From the NCBI RefSeq assembly GCF_001194135.2, contig NC_068982.1, positions 1,575,111-1,639,110 of the forward strand: 64,000 bases of DNA, in the 5' to 3' direction. The stretch is from Octopus bimaculoides (lineage: Eukaryota). The first letter of the stretch is position 1, and each line of letters begins with the position of its first letter. Position numbers and translations under genes: made by a program. A model generated the notes under the pieces. It was not told where the DNA came from. It saw only the letters and a program-made list of their open reading frames with translations, and searched no databases. This document shows, in pieces, positions 24,721 to 39,464 of this stretch.

Positions 24721-25428
24721 CAGAGGGAATATCCATCGTACTCAACTAAATTAATTCATTACGTGTTAATTATGCATTAATTATGGAATAATTATATAGT
24801 TAATGATATTTCAACTTAAGTTATGGAAAAAGCTGTGGAGTTAAACCAGTGAAAATTTGGAAATAGTTTTTCATGTTTTTCTTTTCTACTTTCCGAATAT
24901 TCTGCTCAGAATATTCGTTTGAGGCAATTTTACATTCCTGCAAATCCATTCCTGTCACAGCTATTACATTGAAATAATAACATATTAACGTATTTATAGT
25001 TTTCTATTACTTAAGCAAGAATTCAGTTTACACACACACACGCACTCACTCACATATCCACACACACGCACACACACTCGCACACACATGCGCCTTTGTG
25101 CCTGTGCATGTAGGCTTTATATGAAGTGAAAGATAGAGACACAGCCGTAGATACAACAAGTTCTACATTATTTTCCGTCATCCATCGTAGAAGACATTCG
25201 CCCATGTTACAGCAATATGAAACCGATCCAGAAGCTCAGGTTTGCGGGGCAATTTCTTATACGTTACAAGTAGTGTGTTTTTTTAAATAACAAAATGTTT
25301 TATTTTTACGCATTAAAATCTGTGTATTGAAGCTGAATATTTTCACACACGTTCACTCACAAACATATACATACATACAAAAACATACGTATATATTCAT
25401 AGTTTATGTGCCTATGTATTTAGGTGTA

Positions 25429-25429
<1 letters not shown>

Positions 25430-25495
<66 letters not shown>

Positions 25496-25737
25496 CTATC
25501 TGTCTGTCTGTCTGTCTGTCTGTCTGTATGTCTGTTTGTCTGACTTTTATCTGTCTATCTACCNNNNNNNNNNNNNNNNNNNNNNNNNNNNNNNNNNNNN
25601 NNNNNNNNNNNNNNNNNNNNNNNNNNNNNNNNNNNNNNNNNNNNNNNNNNNNNNNNNNNNNNNNNNNNNNNNNNNNNNNNNNNNNNNNNNNNNTCCCTAC
25701 CTGCCTGCCTGCCTACCTACCTAACAATCTCTCTCTT

Positions 25738-25792
<55 letters not shown>

Positions 25793-25838
25793 CTCACTTC
25801 TCTCTGTCTCTTCTCACTTTCTCTCTGTCTCTTCTCAC

Positions 25839-25880
<42 letters not shown>
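25430..25880. repeat. Compound (CT)n/(CTAT)n/(CTGT)n microsatellite with gap
   Basis: Direct reading. Confidence 0.9.
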
Positions 25881-25899
<19 letters not shown>

Positions 25900-26342
25900 G
25901 AAATGAGAAGTAAGGGAAGTTTCCAACTACTAACAGTGTGGACAGTTTGAAAGACCTTTATATTTCAGGCGCAATGGCCTATCTGCAAGGTGTTCCCCGT
26001 AAGGCCATTTGCAGGGTAATCCCCAACAATCTGCTGGCGCACTCGGAACCGTCTCTGATAAACATCTCTCAACTAAGGGGTCATACACAGAACACACACT
26101 GGTGGGAAAGTGTCCTATAAAACAGGAACAAGTGTCAGATACTGTTCTTCAAATGCAGCAACATCGATTGTAGGGTCTGACCGCTCCACATCCGGCTGAA
26201 GGGGCACCTGACTACGAACGAGTCTCCTTTCTGCAAACCAATAAATGAGGCAGCACCACCAAAATGATAAACGCCTCCATGCTGGCCTCGGAGAGGAATC
26301 AGGAAACGTCGATATTAAGGAATCCTTACTAATCCACCGAGT

Positions 26343-26585
26343 TAACATATATTTATTTCTTTATTGCCCACAGGGGGCTAAACATAGAAGGGACAAACAA
26401 TGACAAAGAAAGGGATTAAGTCGATTACATCGACCCCAGTGCGTAACTGGTACTTATTGAATCGACCCTAAAAGGATGAAAGCAAAGTCGACCTCGGTGG
26501 AATTTGAACTCAGAACGTAACGGCAGACGAAATACTGCTAAGTATTTCACCCGGCGTGCTAGCGATTCTGCCAACTCACCGCCTT
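26343..26585 (-). mobile_element. tRNA-derived SINE, family A, full length with 7-bp target-site duplication
   Basis: A/B boxes and the central domain are present. ACCGAGT is duplicated at 26336..26342 and 26586..26592. Confidence 0.9.
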
Positions 26586-26867
26586 ACCGAGTCGGTCGGT
26601 GTCGGGCCGGTGGCTCCTATAAATACATCGTTGCAATTATGACCAACATCCTCGTTACTGCGACGATGATTAGCGCTGTCACCTACCATCACCTTCTTCG
26701 CCAAAACCCTGGTGCCAACCGCTATGAAGAATGGTTGCTGTAGACAGCCAACAACCATGCTGCCAACGACTACTGCAAGAGTACACCTCACCAACGCCAT
26801 CACCCACTGCCGCCATGATTGATACTCATTACCATCGCCAACTACGTTGATGTACACAACACCATCA

Positions 26868-26920
<53 letters not shown>

Positions 26921-26925
26921 AACGT

Positions 26926-26986
<61 letters not shown>
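26868..26986. repeat. (ACT)n microsatellite
   Basis: Direct reading. Confidence 0.95.
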
Positions 26987-28074
26987 CACAACATTCACCA
27001 TCATGGACAACCATCTTCACGACCACTTTTGCCAACCTACACTCAGTCCTTCTCCACCATCCCCAGCACCACCGCCTCCAATGTGACCTCTACAGCACCA
27101 ACATCACCAGCATTTATGGAGCTGCTTCTACTAGCACAATCACCGGACTAGAACATTGTCATTGCTCATCCGGCAATCTGAAATGCTAAAATCAATGTAA
27201 AGATACATTTCCTTGTATTCTTCTGAAGAAATGGTTTTGTGCCTGAAGTATAAAGGCTTTTCAAACTTTCTGCATTGTCAGAAGCTTTCTTGTTTCTCAT
27301 TTCATTTGTCTTTCAGCTTCTGTACTACAATGCTTGAAGCAACGACAACGTTTATCTTATATATGCATAGCTATATTTGGGGACGGTCATTTTACCAATG
27401 AACACACGCACTGTTTATTCGATCTTCACTTTAGCTTCATTATTATTATTATTATTGGTTAATTTTTATTTCTCGGTTCTCTCGTCACACATACAGTGAC
27501 CTCTTCAGTGAATACCTCTTCATCTTTGCGTCTCTTCTTCTTTCTGGTCTTCTCTTTCTGTATGAAGCATCGATACCAGCGCATGCGTTTGCATCGGTGT
27601 GTCTGTGTGTGTGTGTGTCTCTCTCTCTCTGTTTGGCATATGTATGTGTCTTGTGCGCGTGTTTGCTGCCTTCTGGGGTAGGGTGAGGTTTTACTATTCC
27701 ATTTGCGTTTTCTGTTAAGGATCACTATACTTCCTATTATGTGTTTATATGTGTGGCCTCCGTAATCTATCTGAGTTTTGTATCAGTTCTATGTGTGTAT
27801 AGGGTAGGGGCTCGATAGATAACATAAAAGTTGACCTCCATATATATATATATATATANNNNNNNNNNNNNNNNNNNNNNNNNNNNNNNNNNNNNNNNNN
27901 NNNNATACATATATATATATATATATTACAAATTAAAAGGGTAAAGAATTATCAATTTATTAATTAATAAATCAATTAACAATTAACAATTTTTACCAAG
28001 CCCATCGGTATGAAAGCACCATTATTGGCGGAGAACTTATTTAAAAGCTCATATATATTTATAAATATAATTAA

Positions 28075-28560
28075 GGGATCAGCAAATATTTGCTTCACCA
28101 TATACCGAAGTTCAGAAATAGCAGCTGAAAAAGCTGAGAATCCCACAGATAGCATCACTTGTAACTCACAAAGGCAAAACGCAGATTCTCTGCGATATCA
28201 CTTGTCGCGCACATGGTAATTTCTTGAGAGAGGTACAGTTAGACTGGCTGACCGAGGTGGATTCGGTTAAGCTTTCAGACCTGTGTCGGTGTCGAATGTT
28301 AGTATTCCATGCTTACACAGTTTGCTAGCATGGTCAAATTTACTACTGGAATACAGTACTGATGAAGGAAATTGATTATTATCAATCATGATCTAGAAAC
28401 GCGTTTACTGTTAAACATCGGAATTGGTTAGTTTTCATTGTTTTTTTCTTCTTGTTTTTGCCTTTGTGAGTTACAAGTGATGCTATCTGTGGGATTCTCA
28501 GCTTTTTTAGCTGCTATTTCTGAACTTCGGTATATGGTGAAGCAAATATTTGCTGATCCC
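28075..28560. mobile_element. MITE with 105-bp TIRs and TTAA target-site duplication (Kolobok-like termini)
   Basis: 28075..28179 and 28456..28560 are reverse complements with 1 mismatch in 105 bp. TTAA at 28071-74 and 28561-64. Termini GGG...CCC. No ORF inside. Confidence 0.85.
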
Positions 28561-28564
28561 TTAA

Positions 28565-28598
<34 letters not shown>

Positions 28599-28857
28599 GC
28601 TAACCTTACTAAACTGTGGGGGAATTATGCTGCAACAATCGCTTATATTAAATCAAGAATTGTTGCATTCAATCTAGTTTTCTATCCTCGTTATTCCGAC
28701 TTCTCTCATCTTTCCTATAAACCGTCAACTATCTTCCATATATGTTTAGAAATTTCAAACTGCTTTCTTCATGTGAACAGAGGTTAACAAAGCACACTAA
28801 ATCGACTGTTATCATCTCCATCATCGATATCATTCTAATCACTATTATCAATATTAT

Positions 28858-28858
<1 letters not shown>

Positions 28859-28950
<92 letters not shown>

Positions 28951-29143
28951 TAGCAGGATGCTGATAATATCATGATCTATATCATTATATTTAGCAGCAA
29001 CATCATCACTATGAGCACTATTTCTACAAAGCCACGACCCGCATCATCATCCCTATCCTTACAATCATCATCATCATCGTCATCATCATCATCATCATCA
29101 TCATCATCGTCGTCACCATCATCGTCGTCATCACTATTATCGT
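28859..29143. repeat. Compound (ATC)n/(AGC)n microsatellite region running into an 860-N gap
   Basis: Direct reading. Confidence 0.9.
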
Positions 29144-30003
29144 NNNNNNNNNNNNNNNNNNNNNNNNNNNNNNNNNNNNNNNNNNNNNNNNNNNNNNNNN
29201 NNNNNNNNNNNNNNNNNNNNNNNNNNNNNNNNNNNNNNNNNNNNNNNNNNNNNNNNNNNNNNNNNNNNNNNNNNNNNNNNNNNNNNNNNNNNNNNNNNNN
29301 NNNNNNNNNNNNNNNNNNNNNNNNNNNNNNNNNNNNNNNNNNNNNNNNNNNNNNNNNNNNNNNNNNNNNNNNNNNNNNNNNNNNNNNNNNNNNNNNNNNN
29401 NNNNNNNNNNNNNNNNNNNNNNNNNNNNNNNNNNNNNNNNNNNNNNNNNNNNNNNNNNNNNNNNNNNNNNNNNNNNNNNNNNNNNNNNNNNNNNNNNNNN
29501 NNNNNNNNNNNNNNNNNNNNNNNNNNNNNNNNNNNNNNNNNNNNNNNNNNNNNNNNNNNNNNNNNNNNNNNNNNNNNNNNNNNNNNNNNNNNNNNNNNNN
29601 NNNNNNNNNNNNNNNNNNNNNNNNNNNNNNNNNNNNNNNNNNNNNNNNNNNNNNNNNNNNNNNNNNNNNNNNNNNNNNNNNNNNNNNNNNNNNNNNNNNN
29701 NNNNNNNNNNNNNNNNNNNNNNNNNNNNNNNNNNNNNNNNNNNNNNNNNNNNNNNNNNNNNNNNNNNNNNNNNNNNNNNNNNNNNNNNNNNNNNNNNNNN
29801 NNNNNNNNNNNNNNNNNNNNNNNNNNNNNNNNNNNNNNNNNNNNNNNNNNNNNNNNNNNNNNNNNNNNNNNNNNNNNNNNNNNNNNNNNNNNNNNNNNNN
29901 NNNNNNNNNNNNNNNNNNNNNNNNNNNNNNNNNNNNNNNNNNNNNNNNNNNNNNNNNNNNNNNNNNNNNNNNNNNNNNNNNNNNNNNNNNNNNNNNNNNN
30001 NNN

Positions 30004-30050
<47 letters not shown>

Positions 30051-31552
30051 CACACATATATATACATATATATTTATATATACGTGTATATAATTTCTCT
30101 CTCACACGCATGCATTGACAGAGATATAGTTATAAATATGTATGCGCTTACATATATATATATATGAATCTTCCTTGTATTAGTGTGCGTGCCACGGTGT
30201 ATGTGTGTCAGTATACATATATATGTATATGTAATGAGATATACTTATTGAAGTGTGTTGAAGATAAATATATTTTTCATTGAATAGAGCCAGTATCAAA
30301 ATCTTTTTCTATATTCACTTGCTTTTGGTGTCCCAATGTAAACCAAAGGACATGATAAACATCATAAATATAAAATATCCAAAGTACTCCATTTCTTTTG
30401 AACCACATTGGTAATCTAATCTTGGAATCAGCAGTGAAATAAGTCAGTGTTTGTAGTTAAACAATGAAATATATCGATCAAAATATGTATTTGTTATTAT
30501 TTGCTCATCTTTTTGTATAGATTAGAACATTTCTAAAGGAAATATGAACAGAAGTTGAAATCGAACAAATCCCTGAAACAATTACTTGTGTAAGATGAGA
30601 CATAGGAAACAGAATTTATACCGAAAGCATTATTTGTCTACTCCATGTTGAATAACATTGATTTTTCAAGTATTCCATCACTTTTGCTAAGAAGTAGTCC
30701 TTAGAAATTTATGCTGACTTCTACATCTTATAATATTTTCTCTCATAGAATTGTCCTATCAAACACAGTCTACGAAGATGGATAATATATTTTGCACTTT
30801 TGGTAAATTTATGCGAGAATCAATACCACTGAAAATATTTGAGCAGCTAACAAAATGTTTTCAAGATACATTTAGCTAAAAACAAATTATCCTGTACTAT
30901 TCAGTAGTTTGTAATTTTTGTTTTTCTATAATTTCATATTTGAAGCGAACCGAGAGATCACTTCTAAAGTTTCTGCAATCAAAATATTTTAGGCAGAACC
31001 TTATGGTATAGAGTATCGAAAAAAATAAAGCTATCTGATTTTGCATTCGCACATTGCGAAAAAATGTTGAGATAATGAACAAGACATTTCATAGGCCGGG
31101 AAGGAGCGGGTACATGCGGTGCAAGTCCCCATCCTAAAATTATGCAGGGGGCACGAAAACGCTTTGAGTATCCCCTTGAAAAACTTCATCACTAAAACGA
31201 ACGTGCTTGTTCTGATATTAAGATTGTAAAAAAATCAACTTTGATTATCAACAATTTTGAAGCTGGGTGTGCACCCCGCTGGGAAAATTTCGTTCCCTCA
31301 ATTATAAGAGAGTTTTTAAATTTTGACGATTAGTGGAATCCACGTTAGAGCTGTCAAACGTTCTCTCATTAGGCAACATGTTTGTAATCCGCATTCCTAT
31401 TCATTGCATTGTTTACATATAATATGCACAGCATGTCAGTGGTGGGTAGGCAGTGCGTAACAATAATTATGCAATGCAGATATTGATAAATTAGCCTACA
31501 AATTGTGTAAACTCAAAAATATTGCATGTCAGCGTTGAGTAGCATAACTGTA

Positions 31553-31593
<41 letters not shown>

Positions 31594-32940
31594 NNNNNNN
31601 NNNNNNNNNNNNNNNNNNNNNNNNNNNNNNNNNNNNNNNNNNNNNNNNNNNNNNNNNNNNNNNNNNNNNNNNNNNNNNNNNNNNNNNNNNNNNNNNNNNN
31701 NNNNNNNNNNNNNNNNNNNNNNNNNNNNNNNNNNNNNNNNNATTTATCATAATATATTGATAATAAATATAATGCATTCCACGTTCCATTATTGAAAACT
31801 TTCTTGCAGTTAAAAATGCAATGTTGTAATTTTAGATTGTAGACAATTGAACGTTTCATTTAAATTGATCATTCTGGCAAAAGAGAAAATGTCCATTTGT
31901 TCTTCAGCTTGGACTTCTTGCAATCCATTGTTTGCAAAATTTATGGGACAGTTCTGGTTATCTTAATGCCAAATTTTAAAATAGACATACTGCTACACGT
32001 TTCTGGTAGATGAAAGAAATAAGGTGACTTGGAAAAATATAAATTTCTCTCTGAAAGAAAGAAATACAATATAAAGAGCAACATTATTTACACTGAATAT
32101 TTATTAAGTAATGCCGACATCACAATAACTGTTATTTGTTTACGCATTAGCTTTATATATATATCTATTAAAACCCCAGGGGGAACAACTTCAACACGAC
32201 TATTATTATTGCTGTTAGTTATTCGATGGCTACAAGCCTCTCTTAAGAAAACAAGTCTTGACCACACTATTTAAATTAGAAAAACAGATAGTAATTTGCG
32301 GTCACAGCCAGTTGAACTTGTCATGCTACCAGAACCAAAAGATATTATTATGTGTTCTTGCAGGAAAAAAGAAAGGAAACTATGAATGTTAATCTTAATT
32401 TTAATTTAATTTTTTTAAATAGTTCTTTTCTCTTTATGTATTCCATTTTAGTGCATATTTTTGATAAGGTTTTTCAAAAACCGAAACACGTAAAAGGAAA
32501 ATTAAAATGTATCCAATTTTAAGAAAGTAGCATTTTCGTTCTTATTTTTCATATATATATANNNNNNNNNNNNNNNNNNNNNNNNNNNNNNNNNNNNNNN
32601 NNNNNNNNNNNNNNNNNNNNNNNNNNNNNNNNNNNNNNNNNNNNNNNNNNNNNNNNNNNNNNNNNNNNNNNNNNNNNNNNNNNNNNNNNNNNNNNNNNNN
32701 NNNNNNNNNNNNNNNNNNNNNNNNNNNNNNNNNNNNNNNNNNNNNNNNNNNNNNNNNNNNNNNNNNNNNNNNNNNNNNNNNNNNNNNNNNNNNNNNNNNN
32801 NNNNNNNNNNNNNNNNNNNNNNNNNNNNNNNNNNNNNNNNNNNNNNNNNNNNNNNNNNNNNNNNNNNNNNNNNNNNNNNNNNNNNNNNNNNNNNNNNNNN
32901 NNNNNNNNNNNNNNNNNNNNNNNNNNNNNNNNNNNNNNNN

Positions 32941-32984
<44 letters not shown>

Positions 32985-33883
32985 TTTTCTATCTACACGC
33001 ACACACACATAAGTATAAGCATGTACATTTTTTACGCACAACACAGCATAAAATCAGACGAACTAAAATAATTTTAATATTTCAAAGCTTTGCTCTAGGT
33101 GAAATAAAAATGTAAACATGTTATTCCTATACATACATACATGTATGTGCGTGTGTAAGAATAAAATAGCACCAGAAAACTTGTATGATGTATATATAAC
33201 ATAAGAATATTCTGATAAAAATAATAAGTTTGACTATTTGACTTTCAATGCAAATGCATAAAATGTAAATATATTAAAATCATGAATTGTATCAATAGCT
33301 AGTTTCGAAAGAGGCAACAATAATGTTATTTTCTTTGCATCAAGTACGTACCTTGAATTTTCTACTGTAAAAAAAGTCACGTTTTACATAAAAATCTATT
33401 TATGTGACAGTCATAACAATCTTAGATTTCATAGTTTCTTTTGAATGAAAACAGATTTCAAAAGTTTACCCTGTAATCTGCTATATATTTTTCTTACATG
33501 CAAAGAATATGAAAGTAAACGTCAACATTCTTTGCAATATTGAAGTTTATTGTTTGAAATAAACTCTAAATATATATTCGTGACGGATTTATGATATTGT
33601 CCTACTAACACAATAGTATTTAAATTTAGTTACTGAAGGAAAATAGGCGATTCGAAATTCAAGATTAAAACGGGTATTCAGGATTGGTTGTAAACATTAT
33701 TTAAGCAACTACAAAATTTTCAGATAAATTAAAGTTTTATTTATTCCTTTGCATATTATTGAAAAGTCCTTATGAAACATCAAATTATGCTAGTAAACAT
33801 AAGATGTATAAGTACGATGTCTTCTAGTATTCCTAATATTAATGGTAAACGAATTATATATGCCACGTAATATTTAGTTAACT

Positions 33884-34288
33884 ACTAGACTACCCGTAAC
33901 TCGTTGGGTCACCAATAGTTCAAGGCACCTAAAAAACCCCACGTATTTCGGCAATCTGTGGTCCGATTTACGCGAAACTTGTGTTATTCTGTTTGTATTC
34001 ACATTTCAGTGGTACCTTACTTTCAAAGCATTTCCCCCATTATACACTGGTTTAGCTATTTATAAAGATATCCGAAAAAAACATATATCTCGGTAATCCA
34101 TGGTGAAACTTACGCGAAACTTCCTTCATTCCGTTTGTATTCACATAATCATCCGATTCATGAGGTCTCCTCGTTTTGTCTCTTTCTCTCCGAGCGTCCT
34201 ATTCCTGATCTCTCCTACTTTTCTCTCTTTCCCTCTGTTCCGCCAGATGCTCAGCCTTTGATTTATCGGAATTTATATAACTTAGACA
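33884..34288 (+). mobile_element. Possible non-autonomous Helitron/HINE-like element
   Basis: Begins ACTAGACTACCCGTAACTCGTTGGGTC (ACTAG plus an imperfect GC hairpin). Internal ~37-bp degenerate direct repeat TTACGCGAAACTT...GTTTGTATTCACAT at 33968 and 34110. Confidence 0.35.
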
Positions 34289-37200
34289 TAATGCAATACA
34301 CCCTAATTTTCTGTCACCGCAAGTTCATTGTGCTATTCAACTCATTGCTGAAAATGTTTGATTCTGACCAGCTATAAACGATGTCTTTCAAAATCCAGAT
34401 AAGTATTCATTAAATATCACTGAAAAAAAATTCCTAAGCCGTAAATTGCTCGAAAGCCACTTCTATATGTAAGAAAAGAACAGTAGAAGTGACATCGTAA
34501 CGTTATTTCGGAGAATGAATCGTCGTTTATGTTGTTTATCATTGTTCCATCCAATCCGTCTTTTTGGAAATAGGAGAGAGTAACGTATTGGGAAAGGTAA
34601 ATATGAAAAGCTTCTTCGTGACATATTTCTTAAATATGATAGGATGTATGTTTTCTGGAGGATCTCCATTAACGCAGCGAATAACTATAGGATAGTTGTA
34701 CAACCTGATTCTTAAGTGCAGTTCATATTTTTCTCAGTGCACCTGCGTCTTTTTGCAACTCAAATACATATGTTTATATTTGGGCGCATGGTTTCTAAAA
34801 CAAAATGAAAATTTTTTGAATTGTATTCCTTATTACGCAAACATGCTTAATCTCGAGGGGCCTCTATAACTATTAATATTGTGAATTTGGTCATATAATA
34901 ATCGAACATTTTTCCGTGTATATTTATTCTTTATACTGTGAAACTACATCCATCTAAATATTTATTACGCCATTTTTATAACATCTTAACGAGCTTTTAT
35001 GCTTTCTACATAAAAAAGATTCAGAAACTGTAAATTTTATGATTTAATTTTTTATACCCGCCATTGGATTGCAGTTGCAGATTTTATCCTTTTGTATATA
35101 AATATATTTTGTTAACATTCGAAGACTATCAAAATATTTTCTTTGCATTTGAAAGCACTAATTGTTTCACATTCTGAAAATTTATAATGCTGTTATTTCA
35201 GTTTTAATTAATTAAGGAGGAAAATATCATTACAGATGCAAGCAAAATATAATTTACACACTTCAGATGCAAACGAAAAACATTTATACATCCATAAATA
35301 TGCTAGATGTAAATCCCTTAATTCTAATCAACTTCCGAGTAACGAAAAATAAAATTAATGAATTAAATTTAATTGTATTTTTCTGATTATGAAATCTGGC
35401 AAACAGTTAAAAAAACTGTTAAAGAATTGGAGTTAACAAAATACGCCAAAATGAATGGGTCGGACTAAAATGTTATATTTGTTCTTCAAGTTTAAAATAA
35501 GTTCCCTTTCTGTCATGTAAAATATTTTGCAGTATACAATTTGTAAAGGAAAATGTGGAATTATGCCGTTCGCTGATTTCATGAAATAATTTCCCTTCTC
35601 ATCATTCACATCATTTTTTTTTATTGTTTCTGATCAGGGAAGTGCACCATACCTTCCGATTTAAACCATCCTCTGTCCCACTGCTGTCGAACTCGACTTT
35701 TGGTTGGTGATACCTTAGATATCCATGCATCACTTCGACACTTGCCAACGATGTATATTCTGTAAATATACTGTTAAATGTGGAGTAGAGTATATATGTG
35801 CCTAGCGCTGTTGTGGCACAACATGCAATCGTGCATTGTGTCGCAGTGTACTCACGATTTTACTTTTAGTTCCAATGTTCTTGGATTATAATCTGAATGT
35901 TCCGTTTTATTCGTTTATGTGTTTCAGTAATCGAACAGCTGTCATGCTGAGGTAGTTTATGAGTTATACGCGACTTAATCGTTTGCTTTCGGTTTCTGCA
36001 TATCAAACCACTAACTCTATAGGCATAATACAAGAAATGCTAGTTATTAACGGCGAAAAACAAAATCAAATATGAATGCACAATCACACAACAAGCCTCC
36101 GTCCTGCTCCTGTTATCAGCTACTCTAGCTAAGCGTTAATGCTTCAAGAGGTCATAACCTCTAGCAATGGAAAACTGTGATTTCTCGCAGTGGGATTGAG
36201 CAGAAAACTACGTGGTTGGGAAGCAAATATTCTAACGAATCACGTCTGCATCAGATGTATTAAATTCTTCGTTTGTATGAATTTTGTCTAATTAATGTAA
36301 TACATATGATATCGTAATATATTGTATGTAAAAACCAATAGGTTATATATGAATTTATTTAAAGTGTAAGTATCCTTCAAGTAAGTGAAAAGTTTTAAAA
36401 CATTTTGTAAGAATAAAATGAGACAAATTAAATGTAAATCACATATTTCCACGAATTACATTTTACGTTCTTTTGAATACTTTTATATGACACATCCGGA
36501 ACGAGGGGGGTTGAATCATAAAACATTTCTGAGCAGTATTTAGTTGTCTCTTTAAGTTCGTTTGGAGCTTAAATCGAGCTATCGAGCTTCTCCCTTATGA
36601 TCTGAGTCATGAACAAAAGGAACATCATATACAAGGGTCACTGTAATAGCTTTTCAATTTCATTTTATTTCCAAGTATTATAATTAAATTTCTGTAATTT
36701 ATTTCTACGTGTTATAGAATTAAATTGCGTACATCTATGATGAACAACAATATTGAACTTGGTTTCATTTACCCATGGTTGATATAAGTAAGAGAGATAA
36801 CAAGTTGTTTTAGTTCAATCGAGCATTACTTTCCCTCGCGATACGTTGATAGCATGTTCAAGAAATCAAACAGACTATCATTAATCGCATTTTCTTCAAC
36901 CATTCAGAAACACACAGACACACTCACACACGCACATGCACACACAAACAGACACATATAAATCATATAAATTGGTTTACGGTAATTCAAACACATATTT
37001 AAAGATCTAAGCGGAATGATTAATATCGATGTAGGTATGCGAGTAATTAATATTCACTAAACCAATACAAGTGTAGAATATTATGTGATCATAAATGAGT
37101 TAATTGGAAATGCATATACACAAATTGCCTGTGCACTGATAGAACTTCTAATTTAAGCAGAAGTGGCGAATGTAAGCACTAATTATAGAGGGTGAAATGT

Positions 37201-37420
37201 TATTTTTTCGGTTTCATATTCTCATTGCATTACGGTTATTAAAATAGCAATTAACTTGTTTAGATGACTTCATAAAATATTGATTGTATAAATTTCGTGT
37301 AATAAATGAAATAGTATACATACTTACTATCTTGAAAACGTACAGAAATATGCATATATACATCTGTGAGTGTATGTACGTACATACATACATACATACA
37401 TACACACACACATACACACA

Positions 37421-37474
<54 letters not shown>

Positions 37475-37889
37475 TATATATATATNNNNNNNNNNNNNNN
37501 NNNNNNNNNNNNNNNNNNNNNNNNNNNNNNNNNNNNNNNNNNNNNNNNNNNNNNNNNNNNNNNNNNNNNNNNNNNNNNNNNNNNNNNNNNNNNNNNNNNN
37601 NNNNNNNNNNNNNNNNNNNNNNNNNNNNNNNNNNNNNNNNNNNNNNNNNNNNNNNNNNNNNNNNNNNNNNNNNNNNNNNNNNNNNNNNNNNNNNNNNNNN
37701 NNNNNNNNNNNNNNNNNNNNNNNNNNNNNNNNNNNNNNNNNNNNNNNNNNNNNNNNNNNNNNNNNNNNNNNNNNNNNNNNNNNNNNNNNNNNNNNNNNNN
37801 NNNNNNNNNNNNNNNNNNNNNNNNNNNNNNNNNNNNNNNNNNNNNNNNNNNNNNNNNNNNNNNNNNNNNNNNNNNNNNNNNNNNNNNNN

Positions 37890-37964
<75 letters not shown>

Positions 37965-39464
37965 GTGCGTGTGTATGCATTTGTGCATGTGCGTGTATGT
38001 ATGTGTGCATTTGTGCGTATATGTGTGTGTGTGTTTGCGTGTGTGTATGTGCGTGCTTGTCTATACCTGTATGAATATATATATTAGGAATGTAAGTCAC
38101 TACTTTTACGCTCAGTTTGGTATATTTTTGTCCACCTGCGTGTGAGTCACAATGAATCGATATTTCGTTATTTGTACGAGCTTTTGAAATTATACAGAAG
38201 TATTCTTAGACATTTGTGTGGGCAGATATATTGTGTACAAATTGGCAGGTTACCGGATGAAATCTGTGCGTATACGAGATTTCTAGCAAGAGTAACCATG
38301 ACGATTATAACTAATATATGTTTCTCAAATAAAACAAAAGGAATATATACAGTATAACAACCTAACGGGACTTGACATTTTTACAAACAGCAAACGAAAA
38401 CGACAACTAAAAATCAGCATATGAAAGAGAAAAATGTGTGCTGTATGATCAGAATTATTGTAAACCACCAGAGGCAATTTTCCAGTTAATGTTGACCAGC
38501 AAATATTAAATATAATTCTCCAACAGAAAGTAAACACACACAAAGAAAAAAATAATACAAGCAAATCAAACTCTTGATCTGATTTGCGTTGTTTGAGAAT
38601 GACATTACTTTTTTCGTCGTAATAATCTCTTGTGACCTTTGCAGAAATCCGATATCACTAATACGTATGCTCACTAATCTGTCAAGCAAATTATATGTTC
38701 ATGCAACGATCAAGATTATTGTATATAATAAGCAACCTTTATTCCTTCCATATGTAAGTATTTTTGTTCGTTTCTACCAATCATTCCTCCAAAACTTTGA
38801 TTCATCTTGCCATGCTTTTCTCTCCATCCAATCGTTTATTCAACTTTCATTCTATTTATCGGACCATAATCCGTCAAGAACCTACAAGTTAATTATCCTT
38901 TTCTTGGTAGGTAGATACATAATAAACCAATCAGAGAGCGCAATAGAGAAGGAAACGGAGAAAAGATGGAGAGAGAGAGAGAGAGAGAGGGAAAAGTAAG
39001 AGAGAAGGAGAGACTTCTGATATTATTACCCGACTCGAGTCTCATTAGTGCTTTTACTGACTGATATAAAATGTCTTTGGAACAGAGTGGGGGGGGGGGG
39101 GTAATAAGCGGGAGAATACTTTAAACCGAGAAAGCTGAAACTGGTTTCAGGTGCAACTTAGTATTTCAAAATAAAATAAAATATCGTCTGTAGAATTCGT
39201 GAATATCACGTGGTATAAAAAAAAATTAGTTTTGGGATACTATCGGTCCTCCACTTGCTATTCGTTTGTATTCATTTCACTGGCGCTCCTGTGTAAACCG
39301 AAATACCCTAAATGAAAATATAGTAACACCATTTTTAAGGTAAGGAGTCACTTTTGCTGGTAATCAGGAGCTAAAAACACCAGATTGACGTTTATGAAAA
39401 GAAATATATTCTATAACTTTGCTTCCTTCACAAGAAATACTATCAACCGCATCGCCTTTTAGTT

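Noticed and set aside
26500-26585. tRNA-like A/B-box sequences in SINE heads as tRNA genes
   Set aside because: No cloverleaf or acceptor stem, and they continue into SINE bodies.
28861-28951. Poly-His to poly-Gln reading of (CAT)n(CAG)n, like a transcription-factor low-complexity tract
   Set aside because: An in-frame stop lies 20 codons upstream with no start or acceptor between, and TAG follows immediately. It is a compound microsatellite.
28972-30111. Long ORFs spanning N gaps or microsatellites (also 4764, 32502, 37260-38145, 50414-51324, 53285-54226)
   Set aside because: They consist of X and dinucleotide-encoded YI/HT/CV repeats, which are artefacts of gaps and simple repeats.
30319-30392. 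Minus-strand signal-peptide-like exon MEYFGYFIFMMFIMSFGLHWDTKS with AA|GTGAAT donor
   Set aside because: Hydrophobic short ORFs arise easily in AT-rich DNA, and there is no promoter or downstream exon support.
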